Origin: Octopus sinensis
Taxonomy: Eukaryota
Direction of reading: 5' to 3'
DNA: 64,000 nt
Assembly (NCBI RefSeq): GCF_006345805.1
Contig: NC_043013.1
Span: 34,782,001 to 34,846,000, forward strand
Part shown: positions 38,667 to 53,421 of the stretch, piece after piece
How the letters are laid out: each line of letters opens with the position of its first letter
How positions within the stretch are numbered: the first letter of the stretch is position 1
Notes under the pieces: model-generated
What the model saw: the letters and a program-made list of their open reading frames with translations, nothing else
Told to the model about the DNA's origin: nothing
The model's database searches: none
Made by a program: the position numbers and the translations under genes

Positions 38667-40119
38667 GGTACATAAATAAATGTGTGTATATGTGTGCATG
38701 TGTGTGCATATGTGTGTGCATGTGTATTTTCGGATGCACACAGCTGAAATTCATATTTCTCTATTTCTGTTGTCATGGTGCTCACTTTTAAACTTCTGTG
38801 AAGAAGCTCAGATGCATGGATACAAACACACACACACACACACATACACACACAAGCACACGTTCATGCGTATTTCTTTTTTTATATCGCAGTCCATATA
38901 TGGAAACATACGTATATACGTAATACATATTCATAAGGAAATATTTATATGCATACATCAATACAAGAATAGATATTCATAGGAATATATTTTTGCATTT
39001 TGTACATATATGCATACAGCCTTTATATCTACACATATGGACACACATATACATATAGGCATACACACGTATACACACACATATACACATACACACACAT
39101 TCATACACACATGTATGCACATATGTACATATACTAGTATATAGATGTATGCACACACATATATATATACACACTCATAAACATACACACATATGCATAT
39201 ATATACATATATATATACACATAAATCTCTATATATACATATACATACACATATACATATACATATATATATATATATACATACATATATACATACACAC
39301 ACATATACATATACATATATACATATACACATATATATACATACATATATACATGTACACACATACATGCATATACACGCATATATACATATGCACACGT
39401 ATATACATGCACATACGTACATACATAAATATACACACACACATAAATGCACACATACACACACATATATACACACATATTTTACATGCACATATGGTAT
39501 GTAAAGGGATAAACTCATAATGATTTGGATATTCACACATACATATATATACCTGCAGCATCTCTCAAACAGTTATACAATCATAACCACAAATAGATCC
39601 ACCCTCCTACGCAACTACCCACTCACCCAAACTTACACACACACACACACACACAAATATAAACAATCATATGCATGCTCATATGCTCACACACACACTT
39701 TTACACACTGACACTTATACAAACACATACATACATACATACATACATACATACATACATACATACATACATACATACATACATACATACATGCATGCAT
39801 ACATGCATGCATACATATATGCATGCATAAAGACAGCACTTGAATGCTTGGGAAGTTAATTTCAAACTTATCTTCCACTGGGAAATTAATTCTTTTAAAT
39901 TGATCCCAGATAATTCAACCTGGGGCGAAATTCTTTAGTCTGAGAGTTACAATTAAATTGACTTATCTCCGAATATATAATTAACCATCCTCCCCACAAC
40001 CTGCAGTGCTGGATTAGAAAAAAATAGAATAAAATAAAATAACCACACACACACACGTGTGTGTGTGGATATATATATGTATATACAAGCATAACATACA
40101 CACATATATACATACATGC

Positions 40120-40168
<49 letters not shown>

Positions 40169-40199
40169 AATATATATACATATATACATACATATATAC

Positions 40200-40234
<35 letters not shown>

Positions 40235-40900
40235 CATATATGATATACTTTTGTACAAATATGCACACAGATATACATATGAATGCACACATATGAGAAA
40301 ATAAAATCACATACATACACACACACAGCCACACATATATACACGCACATTCTCTTAAAAGAAAACAAAATCCCAAATTACATGAATATATACATATATA
40401 GTATGCATGTATGTATGTATGTATGTATCTATGTATGTATGCACATGCATATGGTGTGCATACATATGCACAAAGAGAAAAAAAAGAGACTTTTTTTAAA
40501 TAAGTGAAAATTACATAGAAATACACACACACACACACACACAGACTTGAAAGGAAGAAAAAAATTCAAGCAAATGATGCACACACAAATCTGAGGAATA
40601 TATACATACACACACACACATATATATATATATATACATGCACATACACACATATTAATGCACAAGTATATATACTCACTCCATTTCTTTCTCAAAACAA
40701 TTTCAAAATCACATACTTGGGAGAAAAGAATAACATACTTAACATATACACACATAATCTTAAGAAAATAATGCATATAAGTCCTCACACATACACACAC
40801 ATACACACACAAATACACGCACACACACACACTCACATATATCTGTACTCTCACATATACTTTGACATAGATATATGTAAATGAAAAACACAAGAATAAG
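37700..40900. repeat. Extended (TA)n/(CA)n/(TACA)n cryptic microsatellite field
   Basis: Direct reading; it is the source of many spurious YI/HT/CV ORFs. Confidence 0.9.
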
Positions 40901-40938
40901 ATAAACTTGAGGCAAATCGAATTATTATTATTATTATT

Positions 40939-40974
<36 letters not shown>

Positions 40975-41128
40975 ATTGTTATTATTATTATTATATTTAT
41001 GAATGGTAAATCTGTTGTGTGCTACATTTTAGCATATCTCATTGTAAAATATATATGTATATATGTGTTTGTGTGTTTGTGTGTGTATATATATATATAT
41101 ATATTGATAGATTTACATACATACATAC

Positions 41129-41162
<34 letters not shown>

Positions 41163-41944
41163 GAGTGAGGGTGTTGTAGCATCAAAATATATACTGGAAT
41201 AAAATGGCACTGTTTTCTTTACATAGTGGTTTACATGATGACCATGGAATTATATGAGTGTATATGTGTGCATGTGTGTGTGTATATATCTATATATATA
41301 TATATATATAATTCAAATTTACAGAAAACAAAAGACAAAGACAGGTGAAGGAACAAGCGTGTTATTTTGACACTCAGAAAGAATGGGAAAGTCTTTCACA
41401 ATTTGAGACTACACTCTTTGACAGAAAGAGTTGAGAGGAAAAAATGGAGAGAGAAAGAAAAAATAATTTGAGACAGTAAAAAATGTGTAAGGATTAACAG
41501 TTCAATAAATGTTGACAGTGACTTCAAAGCTTCAGACAGACTAACAAACATGAGCAAGCTGAAAGTTTAGTGTCACTGTCTATCCTTTCCTTGTAAAAGT
41601 AATATATATTCATAATATTAAGCAGACCTGTCCATATACCGGAAGACCAGTCTGCCACAGCAGAATTGATACTGGTGTTGGTGTCATGTAAAAAACATGT
41701 GTGCTGGTACCACATAAAAAGCGTGCAGTACATACCATAGAATGTCTGGGATTAGGAAGGGCATCCAGTTGTAGAAACCGTACCAGAACAGACAATGGAA
41801 TTTGATGCAGGTTCTGGCCTTACCAGCTCCTGTCAAACCATCCAACCCATGCCAGCACGGAAAACAGACGTTAAATGATGATGGGAATGATGTGTGTTAA
41901 ATGAGTAGCCACTCAATAGTACAAGCTTAATGCACATGTACTCA

Positions 41945-42720
41945 AGGACCCTCATGGTGCTAATCTATGGAAAGATCTAGATGGCTTGAATGAATGGGCT
42001 GTAGAAAACAACATGCAATTTAATGCAAGAAAAGTGAAGGCTCTTTGATATCAGCCTGCATGTGCTAACATGCAACAACAAAGATACTTTGGATAAAAAA
42101 AAGCAGCAATCCAAGAATCAAACACAGCATTATCTGGGGACTGATATGGGCAACAATGCTTTGCTTCATGTACATATCACTAAGATAGTGGCAACGCTCA
42201 TGTGAATGGCTGGATTGATTCTCAGGTCTTTCAAAACAAGGAGCCAGGATATTATGCTGGTTCTATGTAGGGCATTTGTCCTCAGCCATCTGGTCTACCT
42301 ATCTCAACTATGGTTACTGCACAGAGTCAAATTGACAGCAGAACTTGAGGCAGATCAGCAGTGCTACACCAGGAAGATTTCACCAATGTAACATTTGAGC
42401 TTCTGTGACAGACTGAAAGAATTACAACTCTACTTCTTGGAGTAAAGATGGGAGAGATATGCAGTGATATGCATATGGAAGGTCCTAGAGGGGCTGGTGT
42501 CAAACTTAGGTATTGAGAGATATATCATCTCCAAATAGGATGCCACTGCACTGTTCCAATGGTCTTATTTTGAGTAAGGACCAGGTACTGTAATAACTTG
42601 GGATTCAAAGGCCTACAGCTTATATCTTACTAAATTCCTGAGAGATTTACATGGACTGTAGGGTAGGTGTTTTCAAGAAGCACCTTGACCAACATCTCAG
42701 ATGAACCTACAATGTGGCAA
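41945..42720 (+). mobile_element. CR1/L2-type LINE RT C-terminal relic
   Basis: Translated fragments LWKDLDGLNEWAVENNMQFNARK, MAGLILRSFKTR..IMLVLCRAFVLSHLVYLSQLW and LKELQLYFLE*RWERYAVICIWKVLEGLV. Confidence 0.85.
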
Positions 42721-43518
42721 GAAACTCAAAAATGGGTAGCAATATCACTTTCAATTGGTGAATATTTTACCTTTTTGGTATTATTAACACTGCCACTGTT
42801 GTTCTATTTATGAATTTTTAAATATAAATGATTGTGCATTTCATGCTGTAGGAAATAGAACTTCTAAAAGAAATAATTAAAAGATGGCATCACCACCAGC
42901 ACCACCACCACAACCACCACAACCACCACAACCACCACAACTGCCACCACCATCACCACCACTGCCACCACAACCACTACAACTGCCACCACCATCATCA
43001 TCATCATCATTTAACCTTTGCTTTCCCTGCTGGCATGGGTTGGATGATTTAACAGGAGCTGGCAAACCAGTGGGGGTGTACCGGGCTCCAGTCTATTTTG
43101 GCAAGGTTTCTACAGCTGGATGCCCTTCCTAATGCCAACCACTTTACAGAGTGTACTGGTTGTCCTTGTACATGGTGCCAGCATGAGTTTTTTGTTATGT
43201 AGCATCACAATGGGTGGTTTGTTACATGGTGCTGTCACAGGGGCTTTTTGACATGGCACTGGTATGAGTGTTTTTTCATGTGGCACTGGCATGGGTGCTC
43301 TATACATGGTGCCAGCACAGGTGTTCCATATATAGCACCAGAACAGGTGCTTTTAACATGCTACTGGCACAGGAAGGTCATTACTTCCAATTTCATTGTA
43401 CACAGTGAAAATAAAGTGCTTTTATGTGTAAATAATTGTGCATTTAATGCCATACAAAGCAAAATTGTTAAGAGAAATAATTAAGAAATAATTAATAATC
43501 AAGGCGGAAATGCTTAGC

Positions 43519-44070
43519 GGTATTTTGTCTGCCATTACGTTCTGAGTTCAAATTCCGCCGAGGTCAACTTTGCCTTTCATCCTTTCGGGGTCGATAAATT
43601 AAGTACCAGTTACGCACTGGGGTCGATATAATCGACTTAATCCGTTTGTCTGTCCTTGTTCGTCCTCTCTGTGTTTAGCCCCTAGTGGGTAGTAAAGAAA
43701 TAGGTATTTCATCTGCCGTTACATTCTGACTTCAAATTCCGCCGAGGTCAACTTTGCCTTTCATCCTTTCGGGGGTCGATAAATTAAGTACCAGTTACGC
43801 ACTGAGGTCGATCTAATCAACTTAATCCCTTTGTCTGTCCTTGTTCGTCCCCTCTGTGTTTAACCCCTAGTGGGTAGTAAAGAAATAGGTATTTCATCTG
43901 CCGTTACGTTCTGAGTTCAAATTCCGCCGAGGTCAACTTTGCCTTTCACCCTTTCGGGGTCGATAAATTAAGTACCAGTTACGCACTGAGGTCGATCTAA
44001 TCGACTTAATCCCTTTGTCTGCCCTTGTTTGTCTCCTCTGTGTTTAGCCCCTTGTAGGCAATAAAGAAAA
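43519..44070 (+). repeat. Head-to-tail trimer of a family D variant (184-185 bp period)
   Basis: Units start GGTATTT at 43519, 43703 and 43888, are highly similar, and have no linker. Confidence 0.9.
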
Positions 44071-44813
44071 AAAGAAATAATTAAGAGAGGGCATCTGTAT
44101 GAAAAATTATTGGCACATTAAGGGTCACATACTAAATGTGATGTTGATAGTAGCAGTAGCTGCAGGGAATAACTGTAGTAAGCTGAACTAAACAACTTTG
44201 GATTATGTAGCAACATTCTACTTTGAGTTTATACCTCTATTCATAGAAGACATTCAAGTGGCATTAATCTCTCTTCCATTGCTATTGAACTAGGGTAAGG
44301 CATCAACACGCTTTGGTCTTATGTCTCTATGGAAAAGGCAAATGGAAAGCACATCCTTTATGCCTTTTCTAAAAGAAATCTGTTGAAAATTTCATTTATC
44401 AGAGAATCACGAGTCAATAATGATTGTGTGTGTGTAGTACTCAATGCATGGGGTAGAGTATAGTTATATTTATTTGTCTGATGCCCTTTGCTGATATGTT
44501 TAGTCAATCAAACATTCATGACACAAACTGTGAGGGCATACATATAAATGTATATTCATATGTATACTTATATAAATGCAAAGATATAAAGGTATATGTG
44601 TATGTATATATCATCATCATCATCATCATCATCATCGTTTAACGTCCGCTTTCCGCGCTAGCACGGGTTGGACGGTTCGACCGGGTCTGGGAAGCCAGGG
44701 GCCGCTCCAGGCTCCAGTCTGAATCTGGCAGAGTTTCTACGGCTGGATGCCCTTCCTAACGCCAACCACTCTGTGAGTGGATTGGGTGCTTTTTACGTGC
44801 CACCTGCACAGGG

Positions 44814-44848
<35 letters not shown>

Positions 44849-46693
44849 TCATCATCATCATCATCATATATATACATATACATATACATAAATATATACA
44901 TATATGTATATATATATATATATATATATTTTAATATATATATACACATACATACATGTAATTACACAAGCACGCACAAACTTAGATGTGCTCACACACA
45001 TATTCACATATAAAGGTACACACATAGTTAAATGAATGTGTATATATATATATATATATATAATGTCTCATATGACCAAATACCTGTCTCTTGCGACACT
45101 CTCTCTCTTCCCCTCTCACTCTATCTATCTCTTTCTATCTCTCTCTCTCTCTCTATCTATCTATATATATATCTATCTATCTCCTTCACGCTGTCACTTC
45201 TGATCGCCCACACACATTTATTTCTTCAAAATTTCTAGATTAACTTAGTGCTCATTAGCAATGAATCTTCCAAAGAAGTTAATCACAAATACACTTCAAA
45301 AGAAACATAGCAGTCTGTTGAAATTCTTTTTACCAGCTTTCTTTGTTTTTTTCTTCTTCTTCTTTTTCTTTGTTTTTTTGTTTCTTTTTTTTTGTTCATT
45401 TATCTTTTTATCTTCAGTGATTTTAACAAGACTAAATACAAGCAACGAACAATTATAAATGTATTCAATTAATCCTCCTCCTTTCTTTATCTCACTATAT
45501 TTGATCTGTGATTCAGATTTAATTATACAGAAGATAACTAATAAAACTCGTTAGTCATGTGATGGTTCTGTTATTTAGCTGAACATAACATAAATTGCAT
45601 TAAACATTACACTCTGTCAACAAAATCAGAGACACTTTAAAGCCGCAATTGGTTTAGTTGTATATTGTTTTGTTTTGTCTTGTTTTTGTTCTTTCAGTTT
45701 CGTTTTCTTCTTTATTCTTTACTTAAACAGAAGCAAGATTTGCTGTTGTTGTTGTTGTTGTTGTTCTTTTAGAATCAGGTCATCTTTGATCCAGCAACAC
45801 CCATGCTGTCTACTTTGCAGTATTAGCTTATCTAGAACAAATATTTTAGTCTTAACCCTCTCATGAGCCTAGAGTCTCATTAGACTTATCTCACTTCCCA
45901 TGGTATGGTACAGAATGAATATTGGTTCTGTAATAACTTGGATTATGAATTAAAGATCGTTTACACTTACAATTTTTTCCTTCCTTATACTTCATACATT
46001 GTTTTTGTAAATACTGAATATATACTTTTATATATATTCTTCACTTGGACTGTACCAGCGCACTTGAGTGTTTGACATCCCTTTGAAAGATTTCGGTCCT
46101 CCCCTCTTTTATATATAATGATAATAATAATAATAATAATAACATATATATATATATATGCATATATACATACGTATATGTACATACTTACATCTATACT
46201 TATATATGTTATATATATATGCATATGTGGGCACAGGACATCATGAAACGTGCACAACAACAACAAAAATACGAAGTATGAGTACATGGAATATGAAGTA
46301 TTTTTTGTTAACAACATAAGACACAAATGGAGAACAAGACAAGCAACATAAAGAATGCCACTTCACCAGTTGTTAGCTGTTTTTCTACTCTTGTATTTTG
46401 AGCATTTATCAACAATATACACTTTTGATAAAACAGTTGCTCTTGCAAAGCAAATTAAATAAAATTTGGGATACTGTGGAGGGTCAAAATTAGTAACACA
46501 AACAGTACAGTGAAAACAAACAGGAAGGGCTGCTAAGCCTAAATGAGGTTGTGGTGATGAACGAGTAAATCAAGCTTGGACAGGAGACAGACAAGAATAT
46601 GTTTTCTTCGTTCCAGCTACAAAGGAGATTAAGAAAGAAACACAGTTAGGAGAAGAAAGAAAGATGGCCGATGTAGAGTAATATGCTTTATTA

Positions 46694-46925
46694 ATAAAGC
46701 TCAAAGATATCACAACAACTGTTACTCAGAGTTTCACATTCACGTTCATCAGATAGTTTTGGCTGAGAATGGAACAAAAATAAAGTTATATGTGTAAATA
46801 TACAATTATTCAATTGTATATTTATACATATAACCTTATCTTAGTTCCATTCTCAACCCCAACTTTCTAACAAATGGGAATGTGAACTCTGAGTAATAGT
46901 TTTTGTGATGTCTTTGCAGTTTTAT
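46694..46925. repeat. 232-bp imperfect palindrome of two head-to-head PLE-terminus-like units, each with a hammerhead motif
   Basis: Left arm 46694-46807 is the reverse complement of right arm 46812-46925. Minus strand 46718-46757 reads ACUAU-CUGAUGA-ACG-ugaa-UGU-GAAA-CUC-U-GAG-UA-ACAGU. The right-arm core is decayed. Confidence 0.85.
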
Positions 46926-49900
46926 ATATAAAGCATGTGTGTGTGTATGTGAGTGCGAGTGTATATTTGTGTGTGTATATGTATGTATATGTGGTGTGTA
47001 TGGAGGGGTGATGTGTGTGTGTATGTGTGTATGTGTGTGTATTTATTTATATATGTAACCAAGAGGACCATACTCTCTCCCTCAATGGGGTGCCTGTTCA
47101 CCACAAAGTCATACACATAACCATTGCTTGTCCTCATTTTTAGCTGGTTGGATTGGAGCAATGTGATATGAAATGGTTTGCTCTAGAACAGCATGCATTG
47201 TTTCATCTGGAAGTTAAATACTGACCCCCCCCTGGCTATATGCCTTCACAAGGCATGTGGCCTTAATGGAAACATTAGAACAAGTTAATGTAGTTTTGGC
47301 CAATATGTCCTTTTCATTTTTTCAAAAGAGCTGGATGGATATCATTCGAAGGACATTTAGCTGCTATTTCTTCCAGGTAGTTATGTTGTTTAGCCCTGGA
47401 TCAACCTTGATTGAATGGTTTTGTAGTCAGAAGCATTACTGTAATGATCACTACTTTAATATGTACCAGGTATGTACCAGGTTTCATTATCCAATAAGCT
47501 TACCAACGCAATTTGAGGAAAATTTGGTTGCTATTTTTAGCATATTAAACAACCATGGAAAGACTCACTTGTTGGCTCATTTCATTGTGTCTTGACTAAA
47601 ATTAATGTGTCACAGTATCTGTCCTCATCAGCCTAATAACAGATAAGATCTTAATGCCATGGCTTCTATTTTAATCTAACTTCTGATTAATGGTGAAAAT
47701 ATTGGAGCTTCCTTTAGCTCTATTCCCAGCTGATTTGATATCTACATACATAATCGTGCTTTAGCATCCACTTATCTGAGTTTGAATGGGTCAGGTGAAA
47801 TACGTTGAGGCAGGTTTTCTACAGACAAATGCCTTTCCTATCACCAACCTTCAGCTGTTTCTAAGCAAGGTAATTTTATCCCCATAGCTGGATAAGTTTT
47901 CACAGAAGACTGCAAACGAGGGGCAATGCTTGCTTGATGATAATGCTTATTTACAGCCATTGCATGATGTCAAGGCAAGGAGAAAAACACACACAAACAC
48001 ATGCACACACACACACAAACGCACACACATACACACACACACATGCACACATAGAAATATTATGGGCTTCTTTCAACTTCCATCTATCAGTTCCGTTCCA
48101 CTCACAAGGATTTGGTTGGATGAAGGCTTTAGTAGAAGGCGTTTACCCAAAGTGCCGTGTAGTGGTACTGAACCTGAAACCATGTGGTTGGGAAGTGAAC
48201 TCCTTAACCACACAGCCATACCTGTAATAATGCTGGATTATTGAATTTAATCCAGAGGTAAACAGCTTCCAGTGAGCCATATCTACAAATATGTCATTTT
48301 GTTTTCACAGACAAATGACGACAACAGCACACCATTTCTTTAGTGCTTCTTTGAAGATTGCAGACCTTGTTAATACCAATCTCAATATGGTAAATAAAAT
48401 GAAAAGGCAATGATTTCTTCCTTGCCACTCATAAGTCTTACTATTTCTCTCACCCTACATCCCTCTCACTCTCCAAACAATATCCAGTTTTGAATAGTTA
48501 TTTATTGACTCCGTCATTTGCAATTTAGTAGGTACAGTTAGATAAGATTTCTACTGAAGATTCTCAACAAGGCTGAAATGTTTCAAGTTATCTCCCATAC
48601 TTGCTGATGCAAAATAAAAAAAATATCTTAATCTCTAACAAATTGATTATGTTGAGCTTTTTTTCCTCAACACATATTTAACGTTACTTGGCCCAGGCAT
48701 GGCTGTGTGGTAAGAAGCTTGCTTCTTGACCACATGGTTCTGGGTTCACTGCATAGCACTTTGGGCAAGTGTCTTCAATGGTAGCCTTGGGCTAATCAAA
48801 GCCTTCTGAATAGATTTGGTAGGCAGAAAACTGAAAGAAGCTCCTCATGTGTTTGTATATATATATATATATATATATATGTAATTAAGAAACAGAACCT
48901 CCATAAAGTAATTCAATTAGTAATGAAAGATATTATCTATAATATAATATAAATTGAAATATATTATTAATATTGTACTAAAAATTACTATACTAAATAA
49001 TACATATTAAAACAACGACATGCATTTCATGACAATATATTTAAATAGACAATATCAAAATCGATAATCTCAAAAATTAGTATTTCTTCGATCCAACAAT
49101 ACATAGCCACTCTTCAGGTCTAAATAACATAAAATGAATTTACAACATAAATGAAGACATTATAATTAAACTATACATTTAGAAATAATTGACAATATTT
49201 AACAGTATTAAAGAAAAGTAGACATACACATAAATATATACATATATATATATGTATATATATATGTATATATTTATGTGTATGTACATTTGTGTACTAG
49301 GATTGCAAAGAATAAGTTCTGTGGTTGGTTTCTGTGACCACAAAAACCCTTTAACGCAGTGCTCCAGCATGGACACAATCAAATGAGTGAAACAAGTAAA
49401 AGAATAAAAGAAGAAAAGAGTAAAATACTTTAGTCTACAGATCTAACAATTTTGTGGTCCATTAACCTGATTATACCCCACCAGCTAAATATCATTATCA
49501 ACATCATTATTATGGTTATTCATTATAATCCTCAAGCATTCACATTATTCAGTTAAAAGTCATGTTTGTTTATTCACATTTTGGATTAATCATGCATTAT
49601 CTTTTAGCTTTGAGGTTTTGATGAGGTAATTTAATTCTTAGGATGATATTGTATGGTTGGTGTGAAAGACCAGATCAGGCCAGTTTGAACATAAAACATG
49701 TGGAATATTTTGGCCGAATGTGGCCCGTTTAAAGAGGATAATTATCTAGTTAAGTACTGAGGGTTGTTAAATATGTCAGCAATATATTCTATAAAAGATA
49801 AGTGATAGGTAAAAATAACGATGTTCTTAGGGAGAATGTAGGCGTCAATGAAGATCCTCTTCATAGTCCATTGCAAAGGGCTATCAACCTGATACTATTG

Positions 49901-50321
49901 TAGAGGATGATACTGCCAGTTAGGAACAGGCCCTATTTGTACGATAGCTTCATCAGGGAGGATTGTCCATGATGCAAACAGTGAAGGAAAACACCCGTTA
50001 TACACTTTCAGTGTCTGAGCACATCTGACATGTGCAGTGAAGTAGAACAGGTGTGACAACGTGTGGGATGCGTCCAGCTATCAGTTCAGCCTATTATGAG
50101 AATTGCCTTACATTTTCCATTGATCTGGATGCAGAGGCACTTTTTTCTCCATCCGGCAGCTGAGGTGAAAGAGATTGAATGATGGACGAGACTGAAAAGC
50201 CTGGATGTAGATACTTCTTCTTAGATGCAATCCTCATTAACTTCTTAAATTTTCTAATAGAAATGGTCAGTGATGACAGAGAGGGTGGAACTGCTTTTCT
50301 ATTAATTTGCTCAATGTTATA

Positions 50322-50487
50322 GGTGCAGGAGTGGCTGTGTGGTAAGTAGCTTGCTTACCAACCACATGGTCCTGAGTTCAGTCCCACCTTGGGCAAGTGT
50401 TTTCTACTATAGCCTCGGGGCGACCAAAGCTTTGTGAGTGGATTTGGTAGACGGAAACTGGAAGAAGCCTATTGTGTATGTATATAT

Positions 50488-50527
<40 letters not shown>

Positions 50528-50748
50528 GTATATATATTTGTGTATCTGTTTGTCCCCCCAGCATCACTTGATAACCGATGCTGGTGTGTTTAGGTCCCCG
50601 TAACTTAGCGGTTCGGCAAAAGAGACTGATAGAATAAGTACTAGGCTTACAAAGAATAAGCTCTGGGGTCGATTTGCTCGACTATAAAGATGGTGCTCCA
50701 TCATGGCCGCAGTCAAATGACTGAAACAAGTAAAAGAGTAAAAGAGTA
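50322..50748 (+). mobile_element. Family A SINE, near full length
   Basis: A and B boxes, body, (TA)n and TAAAAGAG tail. Confidence 0.88.
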
Positions 50749-51094
50749 ATGTTGAATGAGAGTGACACACATTGCCTGCTTGAATACGCTTACACTCAAC
50801 ATGCCCATGCAGGCTAGAGGACCCGGCTGGAGAGGAGGGGCCACATTTTCTAGATATTTAAAATACATGTGGCACTGGGAAGCTCTTTTATTAACCCTAG
50901 GTAAATGCCCTTCTACTGAAATGTGTCATTTTATTTTGTTCTCCTCTCTTGTTATTTTATACCCATTTTCTTTTCCTCGTAATCAACTCTGCATAGACAA
51001 TTGCCATTTTTGTTATTTGTCCATGTAATGTTCCTCTAATAATGTTGCCCTTGTGACAAATAAAGTATATCGTTATTAAATTTGTTATTTTAAT

Positions 51095-51246
51095 TATTGT
51101 TATTATTATTATTATTGTTGTTACTATTATTATTATTATTATTATTATCATCATTATTGTTATTATTATCTTTATTATTATTATCATCATCATCATTATT
51201 ATTATTATTATCTTTATTATTATTATTGTTATCTTTATTATTATTA

Positions 51247-51298
<52 letters not shown>

Positions 51299-51300
51299 CG
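51095..51300. repeat. (ATT)n microsatellite
   Basis: Direct reading. Confidence 0.95.
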
Positions 51301-51419
51301 ACAATATTATCTGGAATGAATTTTAATTCTCTGTTTGAAAGATGTTAATAAATGATATTGAAACAATTCAGATGAGATTATTCCAACTGAGAAAGAGAGC
51401 AGTGGGGGAGGAGGAGAAA

Positions 51420-51508
51420 TAAACAGATAGATAGATTGATAGATAGATAGATAGATAGATCGAGAGGGAGAGAGAGAGAGAGGCAGGCAGAAAGAGAGAA
51501 AGTGATAG

Positions 51509-51567
<59 letters not shown>

Positions 51568-51568
51568 A

Positions 51569-51613
<45 letters not shown>

Positions 51614-51701
51614 AAGAGAGAGAGATATAAGGAGAAAAAAAAGAGAAAGACAGAGTCAGAAACAGAAAGCAACAGAGATAGAGACAGAGACAGAGAAAGG
51701 G

Positions 51702-51756
<55 letters not shown>

Positions 51757-51978
51757 GACAGAAGAGAAAGAGAGATAGATAGATAGAGAGAGGGGGAAAG
51801 AGGAAGAGAGATAGATAGAGAGAGGGGAGAGAGAAAGAGAGATTGATAGAGACAGAGAGAGAAAGAAAGAGAAGAATAGATAAAGGGAAATAGAGAGAGA
51901 CAGAAAGGTGTCTATGTGAATGTGAATGCATATGTATGCATGTGTGTATATGAGAGAGAGAGAGAGAGAGAGAAAGAA

Positions 51979-52009
<31 letters not shown>

Positions 52010-52282
52010 AAGAAAGAGAGAGAAAGAGAGAGAGAGAGAGAAAGAAAGAGCGAGAAAGAAAGAGAGAGAAAGAGAGAGAGAAAGAGAGAGAAATAAAGAG
52101 AGAGAAAGAGAGAGAGAGGAGAAAGAGAAGGAGAGAGAGAGAAAGAAAGAGAGAGAAAGAGAGAGAGAAAGAGAGAGAAAGAAAGAGCGAGAAAGAAAGA
52201 GAGAGAAAGAGAGAGAGAAAGAGAGAGAAATAAAGAGAGAAAGAGAGAGAGAGGAGAAAGAGAAAGAGAGAGAGAGAAAGAA

Positions 52283-52318
<36 letters not shown>

Positions 52319-52370
52319 AGAGAGAGAAATAAAGAGAGAGAAAGAGAGAGAGAGAGAAAGACAAGTGTTA
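51420..52370. repeat. Purine-rich (GATA)n/(GA)n/(GAAA)n tract with 137-bp higher-order period
   Basis: Marker bases recur at 52051/52188 (GAGCGA) and 52094/52231 (AAATAAAG). Confidence 0.85.
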
Positions 52371-52714
52371 GAAAATAATATTGAGAATGAGAGAGTGCGA
52401 CTGAAATATGTGTGTATGTATATATACAAATGTATATGTGTGCGACAGAGAGAGAGAGAGAGAGAGAGGGTGGGGGAGGGAACCCAGAGAGTAAAGACTA
52501 GAAAGATTAGTTATATTAATGCATAATGCCTAATATTACAAGAGCCATGAAAAATAAAAACAAAAAAATCAGATAAAAATTAAAAATTAAGATCATCAAA
52601 ATATTGAAAGACATCCAGATAATGGTTAATCCTGTTATATTTCTCAGACTGATACTGCATTCTTACATTTCCATGGAAGTAAATAGCAGTGGAAGCATCA
52701 ACAACAAGAACCTC

Positions 52715-52853
52715 AATAATAATAATAAAATAATAATAATAATAATAATAATAATGATAATAATAATAATGATAATAAATAATAATAATAATAATAAATA
52801 ATAATAATAATAATAATAATGATGATGATGATGATAATAATAATAACAATAAC

Positions 52854-52908
<55 letters not shown>

Positions 52909-53006
52909 TAATAATAATAATGATAATAATAATAATAATGATGATAATAATAATATAATAATAATAATATAATAATAATAATAATAATAATGATATAATA
53001 ATAATG

Positions 53007-53048
<42 letters not shown>

Positions 53049-53105
53049 TAATAATAATAATAATGATGATGATGATGATGATAATAATAATAACAATAAC
53101 AATAA
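52715..53105. repeat. Long (AAT)n/(GAT)n microsatellite
   Basis: Direct reading. Confidence 0.95.
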
Positions 53106-53421
53106 TCTTTTGGAATGTTATATTTGTTTTGGAACTAGAAAGAGATGGAAGTTGATTATTTTAAACCCCTTGTACATTGCAAGGACTTCTTTTATTAGTT
53201 CCAAAATAAAGTGTGGAAAATGTCAATTCTGGTATGATTTGAACTCAGAAACAGGTTATATTGAAGGTGATTGGAGTGGCATGAGTAAAATGAATAAGGA
53301 AATGAAAAAAAAAAGAATTTGTGCATTTTTTTCTTTTTTTTGTTAATGAAAGTAAACAAATATATTTTCTAGCACTTGGTGTTACTGTTGACGATGTCTC
53401 TTTGTGATGATATAGAATTTC

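Noticed and set aside
37529-40893. Numerous 100-190 aa ORFs ([12 protein letters not shown]), plus poly-I/L/M/FSLS ORFs at 9.4-10, 31, 51-53 and 59-60 kb
   Set aside because: They are translations of di-, tri- and tetranucleotide microsatellites, which lack stops in some frames; there is no coding signal.
49850-50050. Minus-strand FPSLFASWTILPDEAIV resembling a LINE RT C-terminal W..LP motif
   Set aside because: It is a single short motif, which is insufficient evidence.
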